DNA of 17,191 nucleotides. Source: Rotaria sp. (taxonomy: Eukaryota). The stretch covers positions 24,562 to 41,752 of the forward strand of contig CAJNUA010000377.1 in the NCBI GenBank assembly GCA_905330235.1, read 5' to 3'. The notes below the pieces were generated by a model. That model saw only the letters and a program-made list of their open reading frames with translations, was not told the DNA's origin and searched no databases. Positions 1 to 11,105 of the stretch are shown piece by piece; position 1 is the stretch's first letter; each line of letters begins with the position of its first letter. The translations under genes and the position numbers were made by a program.

Positions 1-151
1 GGAAGAAATCATTTTTTATCTATAATCAGTTTAAAAAATCGTTTGCAAAATAGTTTTCCTCTCTTTCGTTGCATAAACACAGTATAATACAATTCTATCA
101 AACTGAACAATTTTGTTTGCATTGATCTTCACAAGCATTGTCCATTATTTG
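1..151. repeat. Left arm of a long inverted repeat. Positions 1-127 are identical to the reverse complement of 677-803, and the match continues with 1 mismatch per ~10 nt to about 151 versus 653. The arm may extend beyond the window edge.
   Basis: I reverse-complemented 668-803 and got ggaagaaatcattttttatctataatcag...cattgatcttcacaa, which equals 1-136. Beyond that, ttcacaagcattgtcc versus ggacaatgtttgtgaa has 1 mismatch. Confidence 0.9.
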
Positions 152-652
152 TTTTCAAATTACTGAAATAATTTTAAGTTTTGAATTTAAAGCTAACAAG
201 TCAATCAGATAATTTTGAGGATATGAAGAGAAATACAATAATAAAGTATGAATTAATTTATATTTAGCTTATAACTAAGGGAAATTCTTTACTCCATCAC
301 ATTTACTTTAATATGACATCGTCATTAATAGTTAAGATATTTCTTTTTTATATCAGAGATAGAGATCTGTTATTTTATTTTGTTTCTTATAATAAAAAAG
401 AATCATAATTTAATGTATCTTTATTATTGAAAACGTATTACTGGATGATATTCGTTAAACTTTATTTTTGACTCAAATTAAAGGCTAATGATCCGAAGAA
501 TATTTCCTCTAAATGTATTATCTAAAAAGATTATTTGTTAAAGATTAAATCCTTCAAAGAATTCTTTTCTATGCTTTACTATTTGTTCAAAATCATGATT
601 AGACTTATGGATAGCTGAGTTTGAATTTAAGTCCTAGAATATTCTCTTAGTT

Positions 653-803
653 CAATTAATGGACAATGTTTGTGAAGATCAATGCAAACAAAATTGTTCA
701 GTTTGATAGAATTGTATTATACTGTGTTTATGCAACGAAAGAGAGGAAAACTATTTTGCAAACGATTTTTTAAACTGATTATAGATAAAAAATGATTTCT
801 TCC
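653..803. repeat. Right arm of the same inverted repeat, paired with 1-151. The spacer is about 500 bp (152-652).
   Basis: Exact reverse-complement identity to the left arm, ending in ...aaaaatgatttcttcc at 803. Confidence 0.9.
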
Positions 804-2775
804 ATTTTTCATAAAATTTGGTTAATATATTTTGGCTCGACCAAGAAAACAAAAAAATGAGAAGAAGTAGGAAAAAACATTCAAACGTTTTTTAATTGAT
901 TATAGAATACGTCTAATTGTTTAACATACTTGATATTGTTTCTAGAAAATATCATTATATTAACTTCAGAGAGGACATAAAAAGAGATTTCTTTCATTTC
1001 TTTTAGAAAACTGATTTTGCTAAATAACCATATTGTATTCTGTCTTAGGAAATATAAGAACAAAGAAGATATGGTAACTAGATTCAACTTCTATCTCATC
1101 CGAACAAGGGAAGATTAAGTAAGCATAGAAGCATAAAAGAGGAAAAATTATGCTTCAGCATCATTGTATTGATTGATTATAGAATACTTCGAAATTTTTA
1201 TTGCATCTGATGTTGAGAAAAAAATTGCTAACGATAACGTTAAAAAGTTTAATAACTTTAAAAAAAAAATCAACGGAGATCTCAACAGAAAATGATGTAT
1301 CTATCAATTATATAGTATTTATTTATTTAATTATTTTATAAAAACATGTCAAAATGAAAATTATGTAAGAAAGAATTTTCAATGGTCGATACTGCGATCA
1401 ATGGAAACTCTATGTGAAGTACTAAGTTCATCAATTATTTCGATATAAATTTTCAAAACTTTGTATGGCGAAAAAAAAACATTCATTAACCGTTACCAAA
1501 TAATATTTTTATTTGTCTATTTAGTTTATAATTAGCACGTTTCTAGACGAGCATTTAAAACAAAAATATCCACAAAGTAGTAATGTTATGCTAGATTATT
1601 CACCGAATAAAACTAAGATAAATTATTTTTCAAAGTTGATGAACTTATTTAATTTAAAATAAGATCACTAGAAGTGAAGCGAAATTATGTTAGTAGTTTT
1701 GTGCCTTTTGATAACAATTCTGGCCTTCCTGCGACATGTACATAGAAACAAATGTATTCGTTCAAAATATAGATCAGTTTCAGTACGAAATAAAAGAGAC
1801 CAACCTTGAGTGAACATCTTAATAACTGTTCTTTGAGATTTTTTTTCTCATCCTTTTTTAGCCCACTACTTTTTCATATTCTAGCACGATTTTGCATTTC
1901 ATTTTGTACTATTTGATCATTTTCCTACATTATAGGTGATTCAACAAGTACTATAAGCACAACAACCACTACTTCATTAAGGACAAGTAATGTTTTACTT
2001 CAAAATCTAGTCACTCATATATACACTTATTGATTATTAATCATCTTTGTACTAAAAGAATTAATTATTTAATGATTCAATTTTGTATAGAAAAAGGTAC
2101 TAGAAGATGTTTTATGTCACATATATCTTTCAATGAGTTAGCTGCACCCAGTCTCATTTTCTTCCTTCAAAAACATCATTTAATAGAAGATTTCAGTTTT
2201 TACTCATATATATTGTAAAGCATTTGATCGACTCTGAAACTCATCAAAAGAAAGAAAATGTCGCTTTGAAATTTCATAGTTCGAATTTCTTTTATAAACT
2301 TGGCATACGAGAGTAAAAGTTAATTAAATGACCATAAAGTTGTATACAAGTTTCACCGCCCAATAATACTCAGTAGTTTTAGATAATCTTAAAATACAAT
2401 GTTATATTCCCCGATGCAAACTAATCATATGTGTAACTTGCTAACTATTCACAGCTGTTTTCGAATCGTTTTTTTTACTTATACAGTTAATATTTTTATC
2501 GATACTCATAATTTTGCGAGACATTTCAATCTATCAGTCATACAATGTTGAAGAATCATTGAGACTAAAAATCAACGAGTCGAAAACTTTTAGAACCATA
2601 AATACTACAATGCAGTAAAAACTATCAACAATAAAAGATTAAAACACTCAAAACTTCGACATAATTATGAATCGTTTTTCCCGTTCTTTTAATAGACAGT
2701 TTAGTATTGATACAATCATACTACTCGTCTGCCTTGACTTCTTCTAGTCCAAGGTTCCGCCCTATATACTGTACA

Positions 2776-3093
2776 ATGGCAAACTATTATTATGAAGCTA
2801 TTCAATTTAATGTTTCTATAAATGGAACTTATACTATTGAATCCCATACTAGTGATATGGACATCATTGATTCCTTATACATCAATAGTTTTGATCCTGA
2901 ATCTCCATTTATGAGTGTCTTAGAATCGAATGATGGTGGCGATACCGAGAGACAATTCGTGTTCTCAACAGTTTTGGAGACTACATCACAATACGTTTTA
3001 GTTGTAATAACATTCGAGGCACTTATAACAGGACCATTTTCAATTATTGCAACTGGTCCAGCATTGAGTCGATTTCCTCAAGAAAATAAATAA
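2776..3093 (+). CDS. Small ORF of 105 aa (MANYYYEAIQFNVSINGTYTIES...DGGDTERQFVFS...YVLVVITFEALITGPFSIIATGPALSRFPQENK). It encodes an unknown conserved ~95-aa domain and is paralogous to 7676-7950.
   Basis: The ATG at 2776 sits in a tacaATGg context (A at -3, G at +4). The ORF-track entry 2707-3093 starts at TTG, and I prefer the internal ATG. Protein-level similarity to the 7676-7950 copy is clearly higher than the DNA similarity. Confidence 0.35.
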   Translation: MANYYYEAIQFNVSINGTYTIESHTSDMDIIDSLYINSFDPESPFMSVLESNDGGDTERQFVFSTVLETTSQYVLVVITFEALITGPFSIIATGPALSRFPQENK

Positions 3094-4707
3094 TCATGCA
3101 ACAATGAACTTCTATGGGTATAAAGATGATTGAAAGTATTGTCGTCATTTCAGTTTGATAATTGTCAATAGGAATGTCCCGATCGGTTGGCTAACGGTTA
3201 CCCTAATGGTATGAATTTTGTTTTAAAAAACTATACAGAAAGTTCTTTAAGACGCTGAAAATAAAAAAATTGAAAAATTAGAAAAACTAGGATCACGGAT
3301 GTCTCGGATTTCCTCAAATTAGGAAAAATTTTTGTGGTTTTTTTACGCAGAAACTTGATGAAATTTATGTCGTCATTTATCAAAAGTCTTATATAATTGT
3401 CAATAGATATACCATTACGAAAAAAACTCTTGCTTTAAGATGTGATAAAAATTTTACTATGCTTGAGACATCCCTGATTTTTAAGACTTAATTACTGTTA
3501 ATGTCTATTGAAAAGAACATCTCATCTCTTGTGTGTTCTTATTCAATGATCAAAATATAACTGCTTAAGGAAAACCGTTCTTAATGTAATCTCAAAAGTC
3601 GAACTTTTATAAAGAGTAGGAACTTTCTTTCCATATTGGATGTAATACATTAAAATTTGTATATTAAACATAAGTTTTGCCTCTTGTCGCTTAATTTATT
3701 AAAGTCAATAGAGTAAATAAATCAATGCGAATACTGATCTTTGAGAGAGTATGAAGAGGTATTCGAAATTATGCTTTTCAAAACTGTTTTCTATTTAAGT
3801 TATCCAGATTTGATTATTCAGTTGTCGAATATTCGTTACAATTGTATATTTTGTGACTATACTTAGGAATTTGATGTAGAGTATTGCATATTCCAGAAGA
3901 ACCTAGCTTGTACTTCGATATTGATGCCATCATTAGTGTCTATAACAGAATACTTAGGTGAAAGGATTCTTTAAATGAATATTACTTGTTTATGATTTTC
4001 ATCAAGATAGTTCAAAAGATGTAATATAATTATTTATTCTCAATTTTCTCTAGATTCTTGTAGAAACTGAGTAATCTTTGTGAAATACGATCTAGAAGTG
4101 TGTGATGTATACAATTGAAAAATCAAATTTTGCACAACAGAAACTAGAAGTCAAATTAACTTTTAAAGAGTTTTTATGATGAAATTTTTAGGAAATCCTT
4201 TAGATAGAAAGTAGATATTTATTTTGAGAGTGTTTGGTGGACTAACACTTTAGATAGAACAGAGTTCTGTTATGCATGTACCTATGCAAAAAAACAGCAA
4301 TTCAACCAAAATAATTTTAACGCATTCCTCGCTTCAACTTTTTCACTTCACAATTAAATCGTAGTTAGTTACAATTATAATAATAGACAATACGCTATGA
4401 AAATCATCATCTTCGTCTTAATGATAAAGATTGAGAAGAATTATATGTTACGAATGATAGATCTCAGCATTAACAGTGAATATCAACAGATAGCGTGAAA
4501 TATTTATTGACATGTTTTCTGTTGGGAAATGACAGCAACTCGATCATGTTACATCTTTTGACCTTAGCAGAATTTTAGTAACAGTTTTCTATACTTGTGA
4601 ATATTTTGTTCATATATTTTGACACGTGTTTAATGCTTTATTGGTATGTGAACAATCTATCCTACTTGGTCAAAAGATTAAAACATGTTATCTTGAAGAG
4701 GATCCCT

Positions 4708-4719
4708 CCCCCCCCCCCC
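4708..4719. repeat. C12 homopolymer (G12 on the minus strand), preceded by ccct, lying in strongly AT-rich flanking sequence.
   Basis: gatccctcccccccccccctcag, read directly. Confidence 0.9.
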
Positions 4720-4798
4720 TCAGAAAATTGAGTTTTCCGGGAAGATATCGAAGTTGAGTTTTGATTACAGAACGATGCAACACAGCTTCCTCTATTAG

Positions 4799-4810
4799 TA
4801 TATATATATA
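4799..4810. repeat. (TA)6 dinucleotide microsatellite.
   Basis: tatatatatata, read directly. Confidence 0.9.
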
Positions 4811-5883
4811 ATTTTTTAAAGAATGAGCAGATTTTCAAAAACGTATCATATGAAACTTGAAAATCTACTACCATGCTTTCATTGAAAATCTCATGATTTT
4901 TCAAGGTTGTCAGTTTCAGAAACATTGCGTTCCCACTAGCATTATCTTTTAATAGAACATTTTATACTAAGTAGCATGTCAGATGGCTTTACCTGCTGTT
5001 ATCTATGACCATCTCTAAGACGGTTTAATGGAACATACTATTGTAACATGATTTGTTCTGAATTTAAATGAAAAAAATCCATTTCTGAAATTTCTTCAGC
5101 ATTTCTCTCAAAACACGGCTTCTAAATAGAAAAATGGAAATAACTCTCACTCGACTCGGTATATAATCGATGTTTTTTTGTATTAAAGGTGTCGATAAGA
5201 GTTAACTTTTCATCGAACGGATTTTTCATATTGAATCTCAGAGATGAGACAAGTGGAATTTATTGTCTTAGAATCACACTATTTTAAGCTTATTTTACAA
5301 GCATGTCCACAAAATCGCTCACAAAAAAGGTTTCGAAATTCCGCCGGATGAAAAGTGGCGTATAGAGGCTAGCTACAATTTGAAATCAGTCCAAGCTCAT
5401 TTTCCCTTCTATTGACGTAGTTATTTTGATATTCCTGGAAGATATGAAAACAACCTGAAATTCTTAGTATAACTATTTCTCGGTAAGACTAATCATATTC
5501 CTGAAAATTTCACCTCAAAACGTAGTTTTCAAGTGGAATTTTATTTCTGGAGAAGGTTCTTAAATCTTTGACAAATTTCGATATTCTGTTGTAATCTTGT
5601 GAACGTCTATACATTGAATAGTTGGAAAATAAATTCACTAAATTTGGAAGACTTGTATCAGATCGTTGGTTTTGGTTATATGAAGCAGTTTTCTTTTTGT
5701 CACATCAGTTGTTACACAGAAAAACAACCAACAATTCATAGCATTTTTAGGGAATTTGTTATTATATTATTGAAAGTTTTTATTAAAGAAAATAAATTTT
5801 CAGCCTATTTTCGAGCAGTCATCCTATTCCGCAATGTTACACATTCCTGCATTCCACAAGGTCATCAAATTCATCATTATTCG

Positions 5884-7135
5884 ATTCCGGAATAGCTGAC
5901 ATCCAATTCCCACATACGCCATCGAATTTTCCGGAATTCCTGCCAATTTCTGCACAGGATCATGTATTCACTTTCAACTGAATAGTGCAATAAAAATAAA
6001 CATGCAACACCGTTTTACAATTCCGGAATTCCATGGATATGGAATGCCCAGAAATTCCTGCATATTCCTGCATAGTTACATGTATTCATGTTCTACTTAA
6101 CATTGCGACAGATATAAAGATGCAATTCTGCTTTAGAATTCCGTATTTCCATCGATATTGAATGACCAGGAATTCCTGCACATTCATGCATAGGTAGATG
6201 TGTTCATGTTCTACTTAACATTACGAAACAAATACAGATGCAATTCCGCTTTACAATTCCGTGATTGCAACGATATTCAGTGACCAGCAATTCCTACACA
6301 TTGCTGCATTTCCTGCACATTCCTGCACATTGCCGCATATTCCTGCATATTCCTGCATTTCCTCCACATTCCTGCTTATTCCTGCACATGCCAGCATCTC
6401 CTGCACATTTCTACACATTCCTGAATAGGTGCATGTGTTCAAGTTCTACTTAACATTCCGTAACAAATAAAGATGCAATTCCACTTTCGAATTCTGGAAG
6501 TTAATTGATATTGAATAACCAGGAATTCCCGCACATTCCTGCACATTCTTGCATAGACACATGTGCTCGTGTTCTACTCAACATTGCAAAAGGAATAAAG
6601 ATGGAATTCCGCTTCCGAAGTCCCTAATTTCATTCATATTGAATAACCAGGAATTCCTGCATATTCCTGCATTTCCTGAGCATTTCTGCACATTTTTGCA
6701 CTTCCTGCGCATGTCGGCACATTCCTGCGTACGTACATGTGTTCATGTTCTAGTTAACATTACGAAACAAATAAAGATGCAATTCCGCTCTAAAATGCCG
6801 TAATTGCATCGATATCCAGTGACCAGGAATTTCTGCACATGCCTGCATTTCCTGCACATTTCTGCACATTCCTGCATTTCCTTCACATTTCTGCACATTC
6901 CTGCATTTCCTTCACATTTCTGCACATTCCTGCATTTCCTGCACATTTCTGCACATTCCTGCATTTCCTGCACATTTCTGCACATTCCTGCATAGGTACA
7001 TGTGTTCATGTTATACTTAACGTTCCGATAAAAATAAAGATGCAATTCCGTTTTGGAATTCGCGAATTGCATCCATATCGAATGATCCGGAATTCCTACA
7101 TATCCTATGATTAGGGATGTGCACAAATTCCGGAA
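5884..7135. repeat. Complex satellite array. A ~118-bp core unit (...catgt[a/g]ttcatgttctacttaacatt[g/a]cga.a.a.ata.agatgcaattc.gcttta.aattccgt.att.c.atcgatatt.a.tgaccaggaattcctgcacattc) recurs at about 6080, 6198, 6432, 6560, 6733 and 6989. The units are separated by variable runs of the 9-10-bp repeat cctgca(c/t)(a/t)tt.
   Basis: Direct reading. The units are 80-90% identical. The spacing of 118-256 bp varies because of the interspersed short-repeat blocks at 6290-6428, 6650-6720 and 6834-6992. Confidence 0.85.
6834..6992. repeat. Nested higher-order minisatellite: a ~30-bp unit (ctgcacattcctgcatttcct[g/t]cacattt) repeated about 5 times, built from the 9-10-bp cctgca(c/t)(a/t)tt motif.
   Basis: Periodic repetition of ...tctgcacattcctgcatttccttcacatt..., read directly. 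It produces the long artefactual ORFs on both strands in the ORF track. Confidence 0.85.
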
Positions 7136-7414
7136 TTCCGCTTTGCATTTCTTTTAGCGGGAGAAGTGATCGTTTAGCCACCCATGACATATTTGTAATT
7201 CCGGAATAGACAGAAATCACCCGGAATTCCTGCATGTCCTAGTGATCCCGCATAGGCAGAGATTCCAGAATTCCGGGTGTATATGGAATAGATCTTTTAA
7301 GATGATCATCTCGTTGTTCAGCTTATCCTTAGAATTCCGGAATCGCCCGGAATGACCAGGAATGGTATGTTGATATTTGGGATATGAAGGGACGTAACAA
7401 TCAGGAATTCCTGG
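7100..7414. repeat. Degenerate flank of the satellite array, enriched in palindromic ccggaattcc / ttccggaa / caggaattcctg cores.
   Basis: ggaattcc or aattccgg occurs at about 7087, 7125, 7132, 7198, 7222, 7268, 7335 and 7403. No core ~118-bp unit structure is retained. Confidence 0.6.
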
Positions 7415-7675
7415 TTGTTGCATGTTTTTGAGGGAAAGGGTCGTTTTTGCTTTTTTCGGAATTGATGGTAAGCGATTGCTTGTCAGAAGGCAATGCAGCA
7501 ATGTGTAACTTTTGGGAATAGGAAGTATTCTCGTATTCCACTAGATTTTCATAACATGACGTTATAAAATCTAAATTAGATCCTATTCAATGGAATATAA
7601 TATCGGAATACTTTTAGGCATTGAATAATTTAAGTCTAACTTTTTCCCGTCCTGACGGTTTTTCGACATAAAGTT

Positions 7676-7950
7676 ATTATTACCAAGCTGTTCGTCTCAA
7701 CGCTTCTATAGATGGATCTTATTCTATTACGTCTAGCAGTAGCTTGGATACATACGGATATGTTTACGATAGTAATTTTAATGCTTCTGATCCATTGGTA
7801 CACATGAAAGGATTCGATGATGATATTGGTGGTGATAGGCAATTTCTTTTCACCATTTCTATGAGCACTGTAACAAGTTTCATTTTGGTTATAACTACAT
7901 ATTCAACTGATATGCAAGGAACATTTTCAATCATTGCAAAGGGTCCGTGA
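7676..7950 (+). pseudogene. Second, diverged copy of the domain in 2776-3093 (YYYQAVRLNASIDGSYSITSSSSLDTYGYVYDSNFNASDPLVHMKGFDDDIGGDRQFLFTISMSTVTSFILVITTYSTDMQGTFSIIAKGP*). The frame opens immediately after a stop with no upstream ATG, so it is either an exon of a larger gene or a gene fragment.
   Basis: A reading frame translated from 7676 is open from the TAA at 7672-7674 to the TGA at 7948-7950. The conserved motifs (YYY.A, N.SI.G.Y.I.S, F.P..P, DD.GGD..QF.F, Y.LV..T, G.FSIIA.GP) are collinear with the 2776 copy. Confidence 0.3.
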
Positions 7951-10320
7951 TCAGTTAATTTCACTTCTGTATGAAAAATAGTGCTACGATGTCTTAAATT
8001 GTAAATTCATAGCAATCAACGTTTTCAAAAGTCAAATTCAAATGTACAGGCTTGTCTCAAAACTTTCTTACTCTGCTTTACTATTTTGCCTTATATAGAC
8101 AGCTTTTAGTGAGCGTTATGAAATATCATGTTTGATCTACTGTCTATACTCAATATACATTGAATGAAACAAAATGTTTTTCTTGTCTAACATTCGCATT
8201 ATGACATTAGAATAGTTTCTTAGACCGTATATTCACATGAAGAGTGTGTGATGTGGTGGAGTGTTAGAGATTTTACTTACACTCTGATGAGAGTATTGAC
8301 CATATCTTCACATGTCAATTTTAGAAAAAAACCTCGGTTAAGTTTCTACAAAACTGTCTGTCATCCTTAACATTAATATTTCGATATTTTTGGCGAATCA
8401 TCGTTTATTATGTATAACAAAATTCAATCGAACAGTTTTATCAATAAGCCTACTCATAGAAAAATCAATTTTCAAAATAGTGAATACAGCATAGTAGGTG
8501 TTCCCTGACATTATGGTAGGCACAAATAAGTTTGTCGTGCGATTAGCCATAGTATGAGTGATTGTTCTATCGTTGATGAAGGTGGCTGATCTTGTTTAAT
8601 GATTTGAAAATGTATATCGATTGAATTTTTTCTATTGCTTCATCATAATCTAATTCATCTTTAATTGGACTAAATTTAATGATTAGTACACATTCATATT
8701 CTTGTACCAATCCTTAAATAATGGTAGAGCACCTATTATTTCTCGAATAAAAAATTCGAACGATAGAATTTATCGGATGAAGAAAATATTTGTAAAAGTA
8801 GCATTTGGAACTTGAATTCTTGCTCTCAAGTTGTGTTTGATAATACTTCTTGGTAAGTCGAATAGTAAAGCAACGTTAGTCGATCGTATCTGTTTCATAT
8901 GAATCTCAGATATATTTATTGACACTGCTATTGTTTTATTCAGCAAATAAGAAGCATAAACATCAACACAGATTCAATCTCGCCATATCCGTTAACACTG
9001 ACTATTCCGTTCACAATCAAAGAAAAACGATATCTTGCATGTCCACATCTTTGACAGCATTAAATTTAAGAACTCGCACCGAAGATGATCTATCGTCAAA
9101 GAAGCAATGAAAAGTATTACAACTGATCATAAAGCTCCCATAATGCGATAAATTAAGAGTGTGAATATAATTACTGAAAGTATGGATATTCTTTCCAGAG
9201 AAAAATACGTAAGATTGTCACCAACACAAATGTATGTTTTTTGTTGAAACTACAGCAAGTGATTATTATCACTACTCGAGACTTTCAAAAAATCATTTTC
9301 ACTCTCTTCTATTGAGAGGCAATTAGATCTTAGAAATTCTCCGATCCTCTAAATGCAAGTAGATTTGATGATTAATTGAAAAATTTCTGATGAACTAAAA
9401 AGATTTAGAAGAAAGGAAAGAACAAAATAGGAAAACATAAAAGTAGAGTATTTTTACTTGAATCAGTTGGTCCGTGAAGAGCAACATCAATGTTCATGAT
9501 CTAAAAAACTATTGATATTGATATTACATTTGTATCACTCTTTCATGATAAAAAACATTAACAATTCAAAGCACGGATTGATCGAAGAAGGCGCATTCTT
9601 TGATAAAGCAGTACAAACAAAGAGACAACTATACAACATGTAATACCTTCTAATATCGATGTAACTACACAGGTAACGAGATTTGCATGGAAAATAGTCG
9701 AAATATTTTTAAAAATATAATTGAAATACTTATGAAAAATTTTGTTGTCAAGAATGTGTCCTTATAATCTAGATAAATAGTTAGGGACATCGGCAAGGGA
9801 ATAGATGCAAACAAAACAGGAGTCTGCATTTAAATCAATATTTACACTCAAATCCTTAGTCATCTTGATATAATCTGCTAAGAGTTTTCCATTTTACTCT
9901 ACTTAAGGAAGTTCAGATGTTAATTTAAAAAAACTATGGCTTGATCTATATTAATATTACTGAAGATAGTTTCATGGTTCTAAGTCAACTTTTGATCTCG
10001 AAATGTGTACACTAGGCTCATCAAATGATAGGGTATGTTCTTCGCTAGGTGGGATGTGAGTGGGTGTGAGTTTATGTTCTTCAATCGTTCAGTTGCAAGA
10101 ATACCATAGTATTTTTGTTTTTAAAGCAAGAAGCTTTCCTACACTCTTATGATTTTTACGACAATATGGGACAATTAGCGACGACACTATTGATGAAGTG
10201 TATCAACGTTGCGCTTCATAACTTATGCAAATTTCCACAATATACCAACTGTTTCATCAGCTTGTGCAATAACTCAACGTGCAGAGCGGTAAAGAAATAA
10301 AAATAGCAACATTTGTCTAT

Positions 10321-10353
10321 TCCTTATTTTTTCTTTCTTTCTTCCTTTGCATA
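10321..10353 (+). promoter_or_regulatory. Polypyrimidine (CT-rich) tract ttccttattttttctttctttcttcctttgcat, about 100 bp upstream of the PARP4 start codon. Possible core-promoter or 5'UTR element.
   Basis: Direct reading. The assignment rests only on position relative to the first coding exon. Confidence 0.2.
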
Positions 10354-10455
10354 GAATACCGCGCAGCCATATTAGTCATCACACGATTATATTGAAAATA
10401 GGTTATGAAATGAATTCGTTTGTAGATTGATTTATAAATTGTTGATTATTTTCCG

Positions 10456-10614
10456 ATGAAACAAGCTACTGCATCTATTTCATTATTGTCACCATTCAAT
10501 AGTAAAACAATTGTACTCGAACTTGGCCGTGAAATAGGCTTCAAAGCTAAACAAGAATTGATCAATTATTTACGAGAACAGCAAGCACATATTTCATATA
10601 TTTTGACAGCTAGT
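10456..10614 (+). CDS. PARP4: PARP4 exon 1 (MKQATASISLLSPFNSKTIVLELGREIGFKAKQELINYLREQQAHISYILTAS), the first half of the BRCT domain. Donor agt|gtatga.
   Basis: This is the first ATG after an in-frame TAA at 10435-10437. Upstream ATGs at 10406 and 10410 hit stops at once. The exon ends phase 0, and if it is left unspliced a stop follows at 10618-10620. Confidence 0.6.
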
Positions 10615-10668
10615 GTATGACCTCGTTTTATTTCATCAAACGTGTGATTGAAGTTGACTTCTTTTTAG

Positions 10669-10876
10669 ACTGATTATGTTTTGACTACGAATAATGTAGA
10701 TAGCTACAAGATACGTCGTGCTAAACAGCTTGGCTTACCACTCGTCAATGTTCAATATGTATACGAATGTCGTTGTTTGCCACTGGGTCAAACTCCAATT
10801 GATATTAGCAAATTTATTATCAAGTCAGCTGAAGATCAAGAAAATTTTAGAAAAACTGGTACTATTTCCATTGAAG
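10669..10876 (+). CDS. PARP4: PARP4 exon 2 (TDYVLTTNNVDSYKIRRAKQLGLPLVNVQYVYECRCLPLGQTPIDISKFIIKSAEDQENFRKTGTISIE-), the second half of the BRCT domain. Acceptor ctttttag|, donor g|gtatta.
   Basis: The frame matches the ORF-track entry 10681-10920. It ends in phase 1, as exon 3 requires. Confidence 0.65.
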
Positions 10877-10990
10877 GTATTATCAGTTCGTTTAAAAAAC
10901 ATATCAGATATTCTTGTTAATTAGAGTCTCGAGCAAATGTGACTAAAATCAATAAATTCGATTTGACTAAAATCAAACTATGGAATTCAG

Positions 10991-11058
10991 ACGATGCCGA
11001 TTTGCCTCGTTTTGATGAGTTGACAAATTGTGAGATTGGCAAATGGGCCATTTTCAAA
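10991..11058 (+). CDS. PARP4: PARP4 exon 3 (-DADLPRFDELTNCEIGKWAIFK). Acceptor ggaattcag|, donor caaa|gtagat.
   Basis: This is the only open frame here. DELTNCEIG aligns with human VELTEFGMQNVEIP. The phases connect (1 in, 0 out). Confidence 0.55.
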
Positions 11059-11105
11059 GTAGATTTCTAGTTATTGTTCTCTTATCTTTCTATTGTTCAT
11101 AACAG

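Larger units (their letters stand above)
1..803. mobile_element. Candidate foldback or MITE-like element: terminal inverted repeats of at least ~136-150 bp around a ~500 bp AT-rich, non-coding core. It is truncated by the window start, so its true ends and any target-site duplication are not visible.
   Basis: Near-perfect long inverted repeat with no ORF in the spacer. Related short motifs (attgattatagaatac at 895-910 and 1177-1192, ctgattatagata inside the arm) occur just downstream. Confidence 0.35.

Noticed and set aside
4662-4925. Minus-strand ORF of 87 aa containing GGGGG
   Set aside because: The ORF is opened by the C12/G12 homopolymer and the rest is low complexity. There is no homology or splice context.
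5599-5895. Plus-strand ORF of 98 aa upstream of the satellite
   Set aside because: No homology, a low-complexity AT-rich translation, and it runs into the first satellite unit. It most likely arose by chance.
6251-7126. Multiple overlapping ORFs of 60-127 aa on both strands (for example FLHIPAFPAHFCTFLHF...)
   Set aside because: They lie entirely inside the tandem satellite. Their peptides are periodic translations of the 9-10-bp and 30-bp repeat units, they overlap one another on both strands, and they have no start context.
5884-7135. Possible CRISPR array, suggested by regularly spaced short repeats
   Set aside because: This is a eukaryotic locus with spliced genes. The repeats are contiguous micro- and minisatellites with no unique spacers of uniform length, and there are no cas genes.
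10681-10920. TTG-initiated ORFs from the track (also 2707, 10718)
   Set aside because: The ORF track uses alternative bacterial starts. In this eukaryotic context these are internal exon frames and not initiation sites.
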